Shown here: positions 53,593 to 63,470 of the stretch, piece after piece | How positions within the stretch are numbered: the stretch's first letter is position 1 | How the letters are laid out: each line of letters starts with the position of its first letter | NCBI GenBank assembly: GCA_009859145.1 | Contig: VRVR01000026.1 | Coordinates: forward strand, 262,707-326,706 | DNA: 64,000 nt | Reading direction: 5' to 3' | Source: Andalucia godoyi And28 | Lineage: Eukaryota > Protista > Jakobida | Position numbers and translations under genes: made by a program | The notes under the pieces: generated by a model | What the model saw: only the letters and a program-made list of their open reading frames with translations | Databases searched by the model: none | What the model was told of the DNA's origin: nothing

Positions 53593-54543
53593 ATGGTGGT
53601 TTCGGAACGCAAACAACAGTATTTCGAGAAGCTTGTCCAGCTTTTGAAAAAGTATGAGAAAGTCCTTATTGTCGGCGTTGACAACGTCGGCTCCAACCAG
53701 ATGCAACAGATCCGCCAGTCGCTCCGCGGCAAGGGTATTGTTCTGATGGGAAAGAACACGATGGTCCGCAAGGCCATCAAGGCCAACGCCGAGGCGATGC
53801 CCAACACCCTCAAGCTCCTGCCGTTCATCAAGGGAAACATGGGATTCGTCTTCTGCGACAACAACGCTGACATCGCCGAGGTCCGCAGCATCATCACCAA
53901 GAACAAGGTTGCCGCCCCTGCACGTGTTGGAGCCATCTCCCCGGTCACGGTCGTCGTTCCTGCCGGCAACACTGGCCTTGAGCCCACGAAGACTTCCTTC
54001 TTCCAGGCCTTGAACATCCCCACCAAGATCACCAAGGGTTCCGTCGAGATTTTGTCTGACGTTACGTTGCTCAAGGTTGGAGACAAGGTTGGAAACTCCG
54101 AGGCCGCATTGCTTCAGATGTTGGGCTACAAGCCGTTCGCCTATGGTTTGGAAATCCTCTCCGTGTACGAGTCGGGCTCTGTCTACGGACCGTCCGTCCT
54201 CGATCTTACCCCGGAGGACTTCTTGGACACCTTCAAGGCTGCCATCTCTCGCATCACCTCGATCGGTCTCGAGATCAGCTACCCCATGTTGGTTACGGTG
54301 CCTCATGTTCTCATGAACGGTTTCAAGAACTTGTCGGCCATCTCTGTCGCCACGGAGTACACCTTCACGCAGACCGCTGAGCTGAAGGACCGCATTGCGC
54401 ACCCTGAGAAGTATGCGTCTTCCGCACCCGCTGCCGCTGCACCTGCCGCCGCCGCCGCCCCTGCCGCTGCCGCCCCTGCCAAGAAGGAGGCACCCAAGGA
54501 GGAAGAAGAAGATGCCGACATCGGATTCGGACTCTTCGACTAA
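53593..54543 (+). CDS. RPLP0: 60S acidic ribosomal protein P0 (uL10)
   Basis: [35 protein letters not shown] and C-terminal [14 protein letters not shown]. Start MVVSERK at 53593. Confidence 0.97.
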   Translation: MVVSERKQQYFEKLVQLLKKYEKVLIVGVDNVGSNQMQQIRQSLRGKGIVLMGKNTMVRKAIKANAEAMPNTLKLLPFIKGNMGFVFCDNNADIAEVRSIITKNKVAAPARVGAISPVTVVVPAGNTGLEPTKTSFFQALNIPTKITKGSVEILSDVTLLKVGDKVGNSEAALLQMLGYKPFAYGLEILSVYESGSVYGPSVLDLTPEDFLDTFKAAISRITSIGLEISYPMLVTVPHVLMNGFKNLSAISVATEYTFTQTAELKDRIAHPEKYASSAPAAAAPAAAAAPAAAAPAKKEAPKEEEEDADIGFGLFD

Positions 54544-55248
54544 AACTTTTCTTTTTCAACAACTACTCCATCAACCCCTCTACCGTGTTTTCCTGTTCTT
54601 TAGACTTTTTTGGCCTCCTTTTTTGGTCAACATTTGTCTGGGGACGATTTGTGGACTACATGGTACGGGTGTTCTGGGGAAGAGAGGGCACGGGACACAA
54701 TAAAAAGAACGTTTTGTTCACTGCATCCTTTTTTTAATTATTTTTAATTATTTTTTCGCAGCCAGATACGACTGTTCACTCGACAACAGAGAGGAATGCT
54801 GAAGTGCAATCTTCCTTTTGGATTTTTAAAAGAATAACATTAACGAAATCTTTTGCCTTTGCTCCTTCTTGTTCTCTGACTTGAAAAAGCGCATTCCGAG
54901 TACAAATCGACCACTTCTTCGTGATCTGATGATCATCAGCTTGCTCAGCAAGTTGCGACGAGAGAGGATCAACGGGTTTCTTGGTTCTCGGCATCTTCGA
55001 GCAAGGCCGGTTTGATCTTGTTGGGAAGATCCCTCTCTGGAGCCATGAGATATGTGTTTTGTCCTTGAAGAAAGGTGCTGCTTGTGGGTTCGATTATAAA
55101 AAATCAAACAACCAGAAAGAATAGTAAGTGAGGAATGAAGAAATTCTAGACTTGACGACGGTAAGAAAATCGTCCTGTTGGATGTTCAAAAGATGGTGAC
55201 ACACAAAACGGTCAACCGTGATTGCCGGAATGGCCATAAATAGTGGAT

Positions 55249-58200
55249 TCAATCTCCCAAGGGCCGAAGTTCGCAGAACAGTTTGTTGAATTTCCGGAGT
55301 TCGACAGGAGACCGGCAACTAAGCATGAGCTCACGGAGAGTGTTCAGCATCAGATGACACATCAGGAACGAGGGACAGTTAATCTTTTGGACCAAACCTG
55401 CTTGGAAGTCAATCAGCGGAACTGGGTCTCCATCCGGAGCAACGTTGACTGCCAAATGGTTTGCGAGCTGCGGAGACATGTCGAACTTCAACGCCGAGTA
55501 CAAATTTCCGGGAGCCGAAAACGTCACGGCCGGAATGTTCAGCTGCGTCCCAATGATTTGCCCAATCGCGCCCCCAAGCGAATGCCCAGTGAAGACAACC
55601 CGACCGACCTCAAGGTCGTCCACAAACTCGCGTACCCGTTCAATAAATTCGTGATGATAATGTCTCCTTTGCACAAGCAGCAACGGATCTAAATACGAAG
55701 CAAACAGGACAAGCGACGAGACAAAGTTGCGCGGAAGAATAAAGACAGACGGCATGAACACGGAGAAGAATTGCAACATCCCAATTTCCGCGTACAAGTC
55801 GATATCCTGAAAGAGATCGCTCAGAGTCTGTGTCCCTCGCACAGCAATAACAGTCAGATTGGTTTCCGTATCAAAATACGCTCGAAATCCGATGCGATCC
55901 GTGTCTTTCGAGTGCTTCGTTAAAACCATCCGGCCGTCGCCGTACCATTTCGTGATGAAAGTCTTGCCAATGTCCAATGGCCAGTACACAGTTTCCGAAA
56001 ACAGCGCCGCATCCACCATGTCGAGATCTTTCCAAGCCATGGAGCAGATGGGATACACAACGTGGTGCTCCGCATCCCCACCAATGTAATCCCGTGGTCT
56101 GCGAGCACCCTGTTCTTCACAAATGGGAGTTGGCATGCGCGGGGCAGCCATCCAAAGAGTGACGACCGTTGCCACGAACGCTAGCGAAATCAGAATCATC
56201 AGCAACGTGATTCTCCAGTTAAATCGAATGATGAACAGCCGAATCGAGCGGCGAAACCGATTTTTGCCTCCCTTGACCGTGCCATTGCTCACAGATGACA
56301 TGTAGGACAAGTTGGGGATCACATTCGCACCAATAGGAATTGACTGCTGTATCGGCCACAGGCCGTAAACAGCAATTCCAGTCACAAAAATGGACAGCGC
56401 TTCGAAGCCAGAAATCACCATGAGAACAATCAAGACACCCACGACAGCAGTGCCGAGATGCATGGACAGCGACCGGATGCGGTATACTTGATAGAGGGCC
56501 CAATAGTCCAGGAGAATTGCAGTCATGAATCCATTGACGAAGAAATAACTGAGAAACACCGTGACAAACTCAAATGTCTGCACAGGACTAGCCATGAGAG
56601 CATTGAACGTCATCACGACCGCCGGCCAAAAGAAGGATACGACGATGCAAGCTGCATATACCATCTTCCTCAGCCTGCCTTGATATGCCCTCCGCTTCTC
56701 CGTGGCAGCTTCTTCCATCTCCTCTAGGAAAGATGTTGTCATCGACGGCGGAATTGGATATGAAAACATGGTTCTTGACTTTTGGTGCCGAGAGAGCACA
56801 CGGACCGACGGATTTCGAGGCAAGCGACGAGCAGCAATGACAGTCGGAAGCAAGTGAGGATCCCCAGGTACAAAACGAATCGTGTTCTCGATAGGAAACC
56901 CATCCGACGTCTTGTCTGTTTGCGGAGAGAATATATTCGTGTGGCGCACACTTGCTGCTGTCTTCTTGGAAGCCAATGGCGGAGACGACAGAGAGTGCTC
57001 GACAACAGTATTCAGAGAATCTCCTCCGTTCTTCAAGCCAATCTCGCCCCCAAGGGAATCCGGGGTACGAATTGGAGTCACTGCTGGTGGTGGCGCACCG
57101 ATCGTTGTGGGCAAATTTTCCAAATGAGAAATACCTGAAACATCGTTTGTCGACTGGCTTTTCGTCCGACTATGAGCACCTCTCCATGATGCATCGCGTG
57201 TGGGCAGAGGGATGCTTCGCTGTGTCGACGACCCCTTTCTTTGTCTGCATTTCATCTTCGATTCGCCCAGTTCTCTCGGCAACACGATATCGACTCCGTG
57301 CGGTTGGTCCTCGGCTACCTCGAATGGCGCTGAAGAAGAAGATGACGATGGCGGTGAATGTTTTTGAGCTGAATGAAACAGAAAAGAACTTCCACGACTC
57401 ACGGGTGGAGTGGCGGACATCGCTTCCAATCCAGCGGTTCGTCCGACACGCGCATGCCCGGAATATAGATAGGGATCGATTTCGGAATCCGAATGGCAAC
57501 AAACAGAATTGTCAGTAGCATAGGACAACGCAGCATCCATATCAATTTTTCGATTCTGCACGATCCAGTCGTCGGAAATCGACGATTCAAACAGGCAGCC
57601 GGATGACCGAGGTCGACGATCCAGAGGAGAACTGCCCTTCAACAACGTCGTGATAGAGCGTTTAAAAGAGTTCTTGATTGTTAACGAAAGAGAGCTCGGA
57701 ATTGATTTTTCCTCTGAAGTATTCTTATGGCCAATTGCACGAATGGAACGGATTTGCTTCGCATTTGCATCAGGAATGAAGATGGATCTCGGAACAGCAG
57801 GAACTGCTTTGGAGATTGCGTCGTTTAGTTTCTTGAGAAAGGAGTCGGTGCGCTTCCTTGGGGCTCCTTTTGGACTTGCAGCAGTTGCAGATCGAGTGTC
57901 AACGGAGGGCGCAGATGCAGTCCCCCTCAAGTTCTTTGGAGTTTGTTCTTTTTTCCCACTTTGAGACGTAAACCAATCCGCGATGCCATGCAACGTTTGC
58001 GGCGCAGATGCAACCGTCTGTTTTCTGAGCCGACGGGAAACTACAATAGAGTCCCAAATCGTTTCATGCGCAAGGATGACTCGTACAGCCAAAGAAAGAA
58101 CCACCGACAGCAGCAGTCCATGCATAAACGCAGAGGACGTTTCCATTACAGAGCCCCAGAAAAAAACCCACATGACCATGTAATACAAAGTAACCAACCA

Positions 58201-58881
58201 GAGAAACAGTTGCACAAGCCCAGAAAACAGATGGTCCCCGCTTCTTGTCCGAACGAGCAAAAACGAAATGACGGAGGATAGCAGTGACACCAAAAACACG
58301 TGGTGCGTGGCCCCGAGACCCGTCGATAAAAATGCTCCGATGAATGGAATAATCCCAAAACAGCGAAGCAAAAATGCATCCTGCGCCTCCCGATTGGCAG
58401 TCGATATTAATTTCAAAATAGGGGATACGGGTAGCTGCTGCGTTCCGCTTCCGTCTGAAGACGTCGAAGACTCCTGTTCATCGGAGGAGTGATAGATTGC
58501 ACAGAGGCGCTCAAAGTGGGAAGTTGGGGGCCAGAACAACGCGATTAGATCTCGAACAAATGTAGGGAGCTTTAAAGCATGCAAAAGAAGAAGAAACAAC
58601 AGCACTGTGCATCGAACGATAAACACAAACAACGACACTTCTTCCGAAACCAGCGAACCAAATGAGAAGACGAACTGCAGAATCACCTTTGCAGTCAGAA
58701 CAAACGAGGCGATGACCGCCAGAAGAAAGTAATACCACGAAATCGGTTTGAGAAGAAGAAGTGTGTTGGAAGAAATCCGAGAGCGAAATCGGATGAAGAA
58801 GCCTTCCAGCAGCCTGTGCACATCACGCGCAAAAATCAGTGCAAGAAACGTTAGAAAGCCATATAATTGAAGTGCTTCCAT
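55249..58881 (-). CDS. Polytopic membrane protein with C-terminal class-3 (Atg15-like) lipase domain
   Basis: 1210 aa. Two TM clusters separated by a Ser-rich region, then VIAVRGT, VFTGHSLGGA (GxSxG) and DPVP. Confidence 0.85.
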   Translation of the reverse strand: MEALQLYGFLTFLALIFARDVHRLLEGFFIRFRSRISSNTLLLLKPISWYYFLLAVIASFVLTAKVILQFVFSFGSLVSEEVSLFVFIVRCTVLLFLLLLHALKLPTFVRDLIALFWPPTSHFERLCAIYHSSDEQESSTSSDGSGTQQLPVSPILKLISTANREAQDAFLLRCFGIIPFIGAFLSTGLGATHHVFLVSLLSSVISFLLVRTRSGDHLFSGLVQLFLWLVTLYYMVMWVFFWGSVMETSSAFMHGLLLSVVLSLAVRVILAHETIWDSIVVSRRLRKQTVASAPQTLHGIADWFTSQSGKKEQTPKNLRGTASAPSVDTRSATAASPKGAPRKRTDSFLKKLNDAISKAVPAVPRSIFIPDANAKQIRSIRAIGHKNTSEEKSIPSSLSLTIKNSFKRSITTLLKGSSPLDRRPRSSGCLFESSISDDWIVQNRKIDMDAALSYATDNSVCCHSDSEIDPYLYSGHARVGRTAGLEAMSATPPVSRGSSFLFHSAQKHSPPSSSSSSAPFEVAEDQPHGVDIVLPRELGESKMKCRQRKGSSTQRSIPLPTRDASWRGAHSRTKSQSTNDVSGISHLENLPTTIGAPPPAVTPIRTPDSLGGEIGLKNGGDSLNTVVEHSLSSPPLASKKTAASVRHTNIFSPQTDKTSDGFPIENTIRFVPGDPHLLPTVIAARRLPRNPSVRVLSRHQKSRTMFSYPIPPSMTTSFLEEMEEAATEKRRAYQGRLRKMVYAACIVVSFFWPAVVMTFNALMASPVQTFEFVTVFLSYFFVNGFMTAILLDYWALYQVYRIRSLSMHLGTAVVGVLIVLMVISGFEALSIFVTGIAVYGLWPIQQSIPIGANVIPNLSYMSSVSNGTVKGGKNRFRRSIRLFIIRFNWRITLLMILISLAFVATVVTLWMAAPRMPTPICEEQGARRPRDYIGGDAEHHVVYPICSMAWKDLDMVDAALFSETVYWPLDIGKTFITKWYGDGRMVLTKHSKDTDRIGFRAYFDTETNLTVIAVRGTQTLSDLFQDIDLYAEIGMLQFFSVFMPSVFILPRNFVSSLVLFASYLDPLLLVQRRHYHHEFIERVREFVDDLEVGRVVFTGHSLGGAIGQIIGTQLNIPAVTFSAPGNLYSALKFDMSPQLANHLAVNVAPDGDPVPLIDFQAGLVQKINCPSFLMCHLMLNTLRELMLSCRSPVELRKFNKLFCELRPLGD

Positions 58882-59030
58882 CTCTCAAAATGAGCCCGCC
58901 CTGCACAATCCCATTCACAAACTGGCAAACACCAATCAGAATGAAAATCACACGAGGCAATGCAAAAAAAAGAGAAGAGGTGCAGATAAATAATTTGGTA
59001 ATTAAAAAAATTAAATAAAAAGACGAAAAA

Positions 59031-59649
59031 GAGCCGCTGCCACTAATTGCGATATGATGAAGCAATCTGAAGCGCACGTAAACAACAACACTGCCACGCG
59101 CCATGCGCATGCGTTTTGCTTTCTTGACAACTCCATCACACGATGCCCGATTCGTTTCGCCCCATTTTGATCATGAAATCCCTATAACACACGCCCCGGC
59201 GTTGCATTCTCGCACAGCGACGCTCATTTCATTTCTTTATTCTTATTGTCCATGCAACGCACGATGTATATACGTCACACCCGCAACGCTGCGCAAGACC
59301 TGTGACATCTCCACCGCCACCTTCCGACGCTGGATCTGATGCAAAACGGCGCGGCAGGTGTCGATTGTGACGGAGGAGTGCACGTCTAAAACGTGCGGCC
59401 GTTGCGGGAAAATGCATCGCAAGGTGTATGGAGGCAAGGTGTGTTTTGTTGCCCATCGTGCAAAATGCACGATCGACCGCGATTGGAACGGCGGGCGCAG
59501 CATCTACATCTATCGTAAGAACGTCTCTCATGCCGAGGGGGGTGTTGGGGCCCACCCCCTTCCCAATCATGCTATGCGTGTTGTTGGGTTGCAGCATTGA
59601 TGGTGGGTGATCAGCGATGATTATCTGTGGTTAGTGTACAATGTAAGCG
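59031..59649 (+). mobile_element. Internally deleted IS607-like element with TnpA HTH remnant and Fanzor2 C-terminal remnant
   Basis: YVTPATLRKTCDISTATFRRW (59271-59333), then CKTARQ-VSIVTEECTSKTCGRCG, CPSC in a shifted frame (59450-59461) and DRDWNGGRSI. Ends are defined by the inverted copy at 4114-4514. Confidence 0.85.
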
Positions 59650-60079
59650 CTGATTGTTACGACCGAGGTCATTACAGACAGTATGACAGGCGATCTTCTG
59701 GGAGCTTCGGAAAGGAGCCAGTGTCGTGGACAACAAGTCGTCCAGTTGGGGGGGGAAGGCGTGCCAACGGCGTGACTGCACAAGTATGTTGCTGATGGAG
59801 CGCTTTTTTTGGTGTTTTGCTTGAGCAACGAACAGGTGGAAAAAGAATGTGCGCACAGACCGATTCCGCAAGAGAGGAGTCAAGATGAAAAAAGTCACAG
59901 TGTCGGCCGAGTGGAGAAATTGCGACGAAATCGAAAAACAGACTGGTAGAAGAAGTGTCGGGACAGTCGTTCGCAGAATTACGCGACGGCTGCGCTAGGG
60001 GCGAATTCCGTAGAGACATTGTGTAATTTGCAACGCAGTGTCTTTAAGTTTTGGACTTTTGCTTTGAACAGGACCGGAA

Positions 60080-60083
<4 letters not shown>

Positions 60084-60120
<37 letters not shown>
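60084..60120. repeat. (TA)n microsatellite
   Basis: Read directly from the sequence. Confidence 0.95.
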
Positions 60121-60125
<5 letters not shown>

Positions 60126-60391
60126 GTTCCCATACGGATCATCGCATGTTGCATCTTGGCTGATCAGAAAACTGACCAAACTCGTGCAAAGGACTCTCGC
60201 CCGTCGTGTTTTTCACAGGTTATTTCGGAAGCGGGGTCAACAGCCGTACTCTGGGAAGCAGCTCGATGTGCTCAGAGAAATTCCATTCTTTTCGAGAAGG
60301 TTTCCCTCCATCTCTTGGTGCTCCAAGAAACCGGTTCCATGTCCTTTCTTTTGTTTTGAGTCAATTTACAAAGGATCACTTTCAGCAAAAC

Positions 60392-62749
60392 ATGTCTCTT
60401 TTGGCTGTACCAGTGATCGCTGTTTCTTTGCTGTTTCTCTTCTTCTCTCACGTTCGATGTGCCTTAGTTGCTGTGCAGAGCGGCGACCATGTCGCGTTTG
60501 TTGATGATGACGTGAATCAGCGCTTACGTGAAATGACTCTCCGTGAGAAGATTGGGCAAATGACTCAGTTTGACTCTTCCATGTTCACAGTCAACGCAAG
60601 CACCGCAACTCCGTTATTGAATGAAACACGTCTGCGCGAGTTGCTTCGAGAGTTTCCATTCAGCTCATCCTTCAATAATCAGATGTTTGCGAAAGAATGG
60701 TTCGCCTTCATATCCCTTTTGCAACGAGTTGCGGAAGAAGAAGGAGCCCTGCCGATTATATACGGACTCGACTCCATGCATGGTGCAGGGTTCGTTTTCG
60801 ACGCAACGTTTTTCCCCCAACACATAGGACTGGCAGCGACGTTTAATCTGTCGGTAGTCGCGATGGAAGCATTTACCGCTGCGAAGGACACTGCAGCAAC
60901 CGGAATTTCTTGGGTATTTTCACCAGTTTTAGGAATCGCAGTCCAGCCTGCATGGCCTCGGGTGTACGAGACTTTCGGAGAGGACCCGGTTCTGTGTTCG
61001 TTCTTGGCCCGCGCCTACGTGGATGGTGCACATCGTCTGGCAAGCCTGGTTAACGATATTGGAGGCGGCAGTTCTTCCAGCCAGCGTGACTTTGTTGCCA
61101 CGACGATGAAGCACTTTGCGGGGTACTCTGCTCCACAGAGCGGGAAGGATCGCGTGTCGGCCAACATTGCTCTCCACGACATGAAGGAGTATTTTTTGGC
61201 ACCCTTCCAAGAGGCTATTGATGCAGGGGTGATGACTGTGATGGTGAATTCAGGGGCTGTGAATGGTGTCCCTGTGCATGCCTCAAAGTTGATTGTGACC
61301 GAAATGCTTCGAAATGAACTCGGCTTCAACGGGGTCGTGGTGTCGGACTGGGATGACGTCCAGAAGTTGCATTACTGGTGGAGAGTTGCGGAAGATGAGG
61401 AACAAGCAGTGCTCTTAGCATTGGACGCGGGAATCGATATGAGCATGGGCATTGATTTGTCGTTTCCGAATACTCTTCTGAATCTCGTTAACAGTGGAAA
61501 GGTTTCCGAGGATCGCATTGATGTGTCGGTAGCCAGAATCTTGCAGATGAGAAAGCAGCTCGGTCTTTTGGATTACGAGGGGGTAAAGCACCGAATGCTT
61601 ACTGCAAAGGAACTGCTCACGTCCGTCGGCGCCGCGGAAGATCGACATCATGCACTCGAGGCTGCGCGAGAGTCGCTGACGCTGCTGCAAAACCGAGACG
61701 CCATACTCCCTCTGCGCCCTGATGAGACGGGCTCCGCCGGTGGATTTGTCACTGGAACTGGAAAGTCCGTTCGATCAGTGCTGATAACGGGTCCAACTGG
61801 AAACAGCCTTCGCAGGATGGCAGGCGGCTGGACCATTCATTGGCAGGGCGCAGTGCATGACTCCGAATTTGTGTATGGAACGACTATTTTGGAAGGTGTT
61901 CGTCAGTATGTTTCAAACACGTCGTTTATCATGGGTGTGGATATTGAGAATCCAGCGCCAGACTATGATGCTGCAATTCAGGCTGCACGAACCGCAGATC
62001 TCATTGTTCTCTGTCTTGGAGAGGATGCATACACAGAGTATGTGGGCGACCTGCGAAATCTCGAACTTTCAAACGCTCAGCTGACCTTTGCCAGCTCGAT
62101 AGCCCAGGCCGCTGCCGCTGGACACCAAGCATCCATCGTTCTCGTGCTCGTGGAAGGGCGACCTCGCACTCTCGCCAGCATTCCAACCTTTGTTGACTCG
62201 GTGATTATGGCATATCTTCCTGGGCCCAGCGGAGGTCAAGCAATTGCGGATGTTGTCTTTGGTGCTGTGAATCCAGGTGGACGATTGCCATTCACTTATC
62301 CCAGCGCACCGAATGACATATGCCAGTATTACCATATTGCGAGTGAACCGTGTGTTCCGCAGTGGACTTTCGGCTCCGGGTTGTCGTATTCTACTTTCCA
62401 ACACGATGTGAGCGTGCGCGCCAACTTTTCATGGGATGTTTCAACGCAGAAATCGTTGGACATTTCCATCCGCATAACCAACGTGGGGCCATTTGCAGGA
62501 AGCGAGACCGTCCTCGTTTTCGTCTCTGATTTGTTCGCATCCTTGTCTCCCCCAGAGAAGCGTCTTCGCAAGTTTGTGAAAGTACAACTTGCAGTCGGTG
62601 AAGTAATTTCGACCAATGTTGAACTGTCAACGGAAGACCTGTCGTTTGTCAATGCCGACGACAAGCGCGTTGTGGAACCTGGTGCATTTCAATTGGCGTT
62701 TGTTGGGTCCTCCATGTCCACAATCGTTCCGTTTTTCGCTGTTGTCTAA
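60392..62749 (+). CDS. Secreted/lysosomal GH3 beta-glucosidase
   Basis: Signal peptide from MSLLAVPV; MTLREKIGQMTQ, GLDSMHG, WPRVYETFGEDP, KHF, VVSDW (nucleophile), LGED, and an Fn3-like C-terminus. Confidence 0.95.
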   Translation: MSLLAVPVIAVSLLFLFFSHVRCALVAVQSGDHVAFVDDDVNQRLREMTLREKIGQMTQFDSSMFTVNASTATPLLNETRLRELLREFPFSSSFNNQMFAKEWFAFISLLQRVAEEEGALPIIYGLDSMHGAGFVFDATFFPQHIGLAATFNLSVVAMEAFTAAKDTAATGISWVFSPVLGIAVQPAWPRVYETFGEDPVLCSFLARAYVDGAHRLASLVNDIGGGSSSSQRDFVATTMKHFAGYSAPQSGKDRVSANIALHDMKEYFLAPFQEAIDAGVMTVMVNSGAVNGVPVHASKLIVTEMLRNELGFNGVVVSDWDDVQKLHYWWRVAEDEEQAVLLALDAGIDMSMGIDLSFPNTLLNLVNSGKVSEDRIDVSVARILQMRKQLGLLDYEGVKHRMLTAKELLTSVGAAEDRHHALEAARESLTLLQNRDAILPLRPDETGSAGGFVTGTGKSVRSVLITGPTGNSLRRMAGGWTIHWQGAVHDSEFVYGTTILEGVRQYVSNTSFIMGVDIENPAPDYDAAIQAARTADLIVLCLGEDAYTEYVGDLRNLELSNAQLTFASSIAQAAAAGHQASIVLVLVEGRPRTLASIPTFVDSVIMAYLPGPSGGQAIADVVFGAVNPGGRLPFTYPSAPNDICQYYHIASEPCVPQWTFGSGLSYSTFQHDVSVRANFSWDVSTQKSLDISIRITNVGPFAGSETVLVFVSDLFASLSPPEKRLRKFVKVQLAVGEVISTNVELSTEDLSFVNADDKRVVEPGAFQLAFVGSSMSTIVPFFAVV

Positions 62750-62799
62750 GCTTTACTGTGCGCGCGAAAGTAGGAGAGGGGGGGTGTACAACTTTGTGA

Positions 62800-63470
62800 T
62801 TCTGAATGGAAAGAAACATCCAAGTGATGTGGAAGTTCAATACTGGTCCTGGTATCCTTCTGTAGCACATGATCGTCGTTACTTTGCAAAAATCAAAGAA
62901 CTGTCCAAATCGCTCGTCCATTGGCAGATCGGCGTGCGTCGCTCTGGCATCGCCTGCGCCGTGCGCGACCCTGCTGTCGTTCGACGGCGATGATCCGCAA
63001 GCGGGTTCGAGAATGAACAGCAAACAGCGTAAGCGGGACGTCATCGTCGCTGGGAAACGTCACGACGATGGCGGGCCGAGTGCGATTGATCAACTGCTAG
63101 GAATCATCGACATCAGGGACGATGGCGCAGCAGACGAGTCGTGACAAAGAGCTGGAGAGAGCGAAGCGAACAAGCGCGGCAAGCGCAAGAGAAGAGCAAG
63201 CACACACACGCTTCATTCGCAATCACGCATTGCGCAGAACACACGGACGATTCAGCAGCGTCGTGGAATGCTTGATGCGTGGCGCAGGCATGCACTGCAG
63301 CCAGGGGGTCAGCTGGCACAGAGCGTACATCCAGCAATCGACACGGCCACCCTCGTGCGGAAGTCATGTCGGCGAGACGGGCACTTTCTATCCCTTCGTT
63401 GCGGCCAAAAAAGACTCTACCGACTCAAGTTCGATTCACAGCAAAACAGAAGAGCTATGTCCGATGATCC
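62800..63470 (+). pseudogene. Tentative decayed IS607 TnpA C-half plus Fanzor2 N-half
   Basis: Weak ordered motifs: HRLRR-A-D-LL (62948, cf. DRLCRFAFDLL), DQLLGII (63088, cf. EDLLAII), QQRRGMLDAW (about 63253) and YRLKF (63418). One long frame is broken by a TGA at 63142. Confidence 0.35.

Noticed and set aside
53581-54402. 273-aa antisense ORF over RPLP0, and similar antisense ORFs over PC, TypA and START
   Set aside because: Shadow ORFs caused by strong codon bias of the sense genes.
54776-55107. Short minus-strand ORFs between RPLP0 and the lipase
   Set aside because: No family similarity and no clear splice model.
59650-60010. Coding-like flank with VITD and ERFFGVL, hinting at a DDE transposase
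   Set aside because: Fragments are in different frames and too short, with no TIR or supporting copy.
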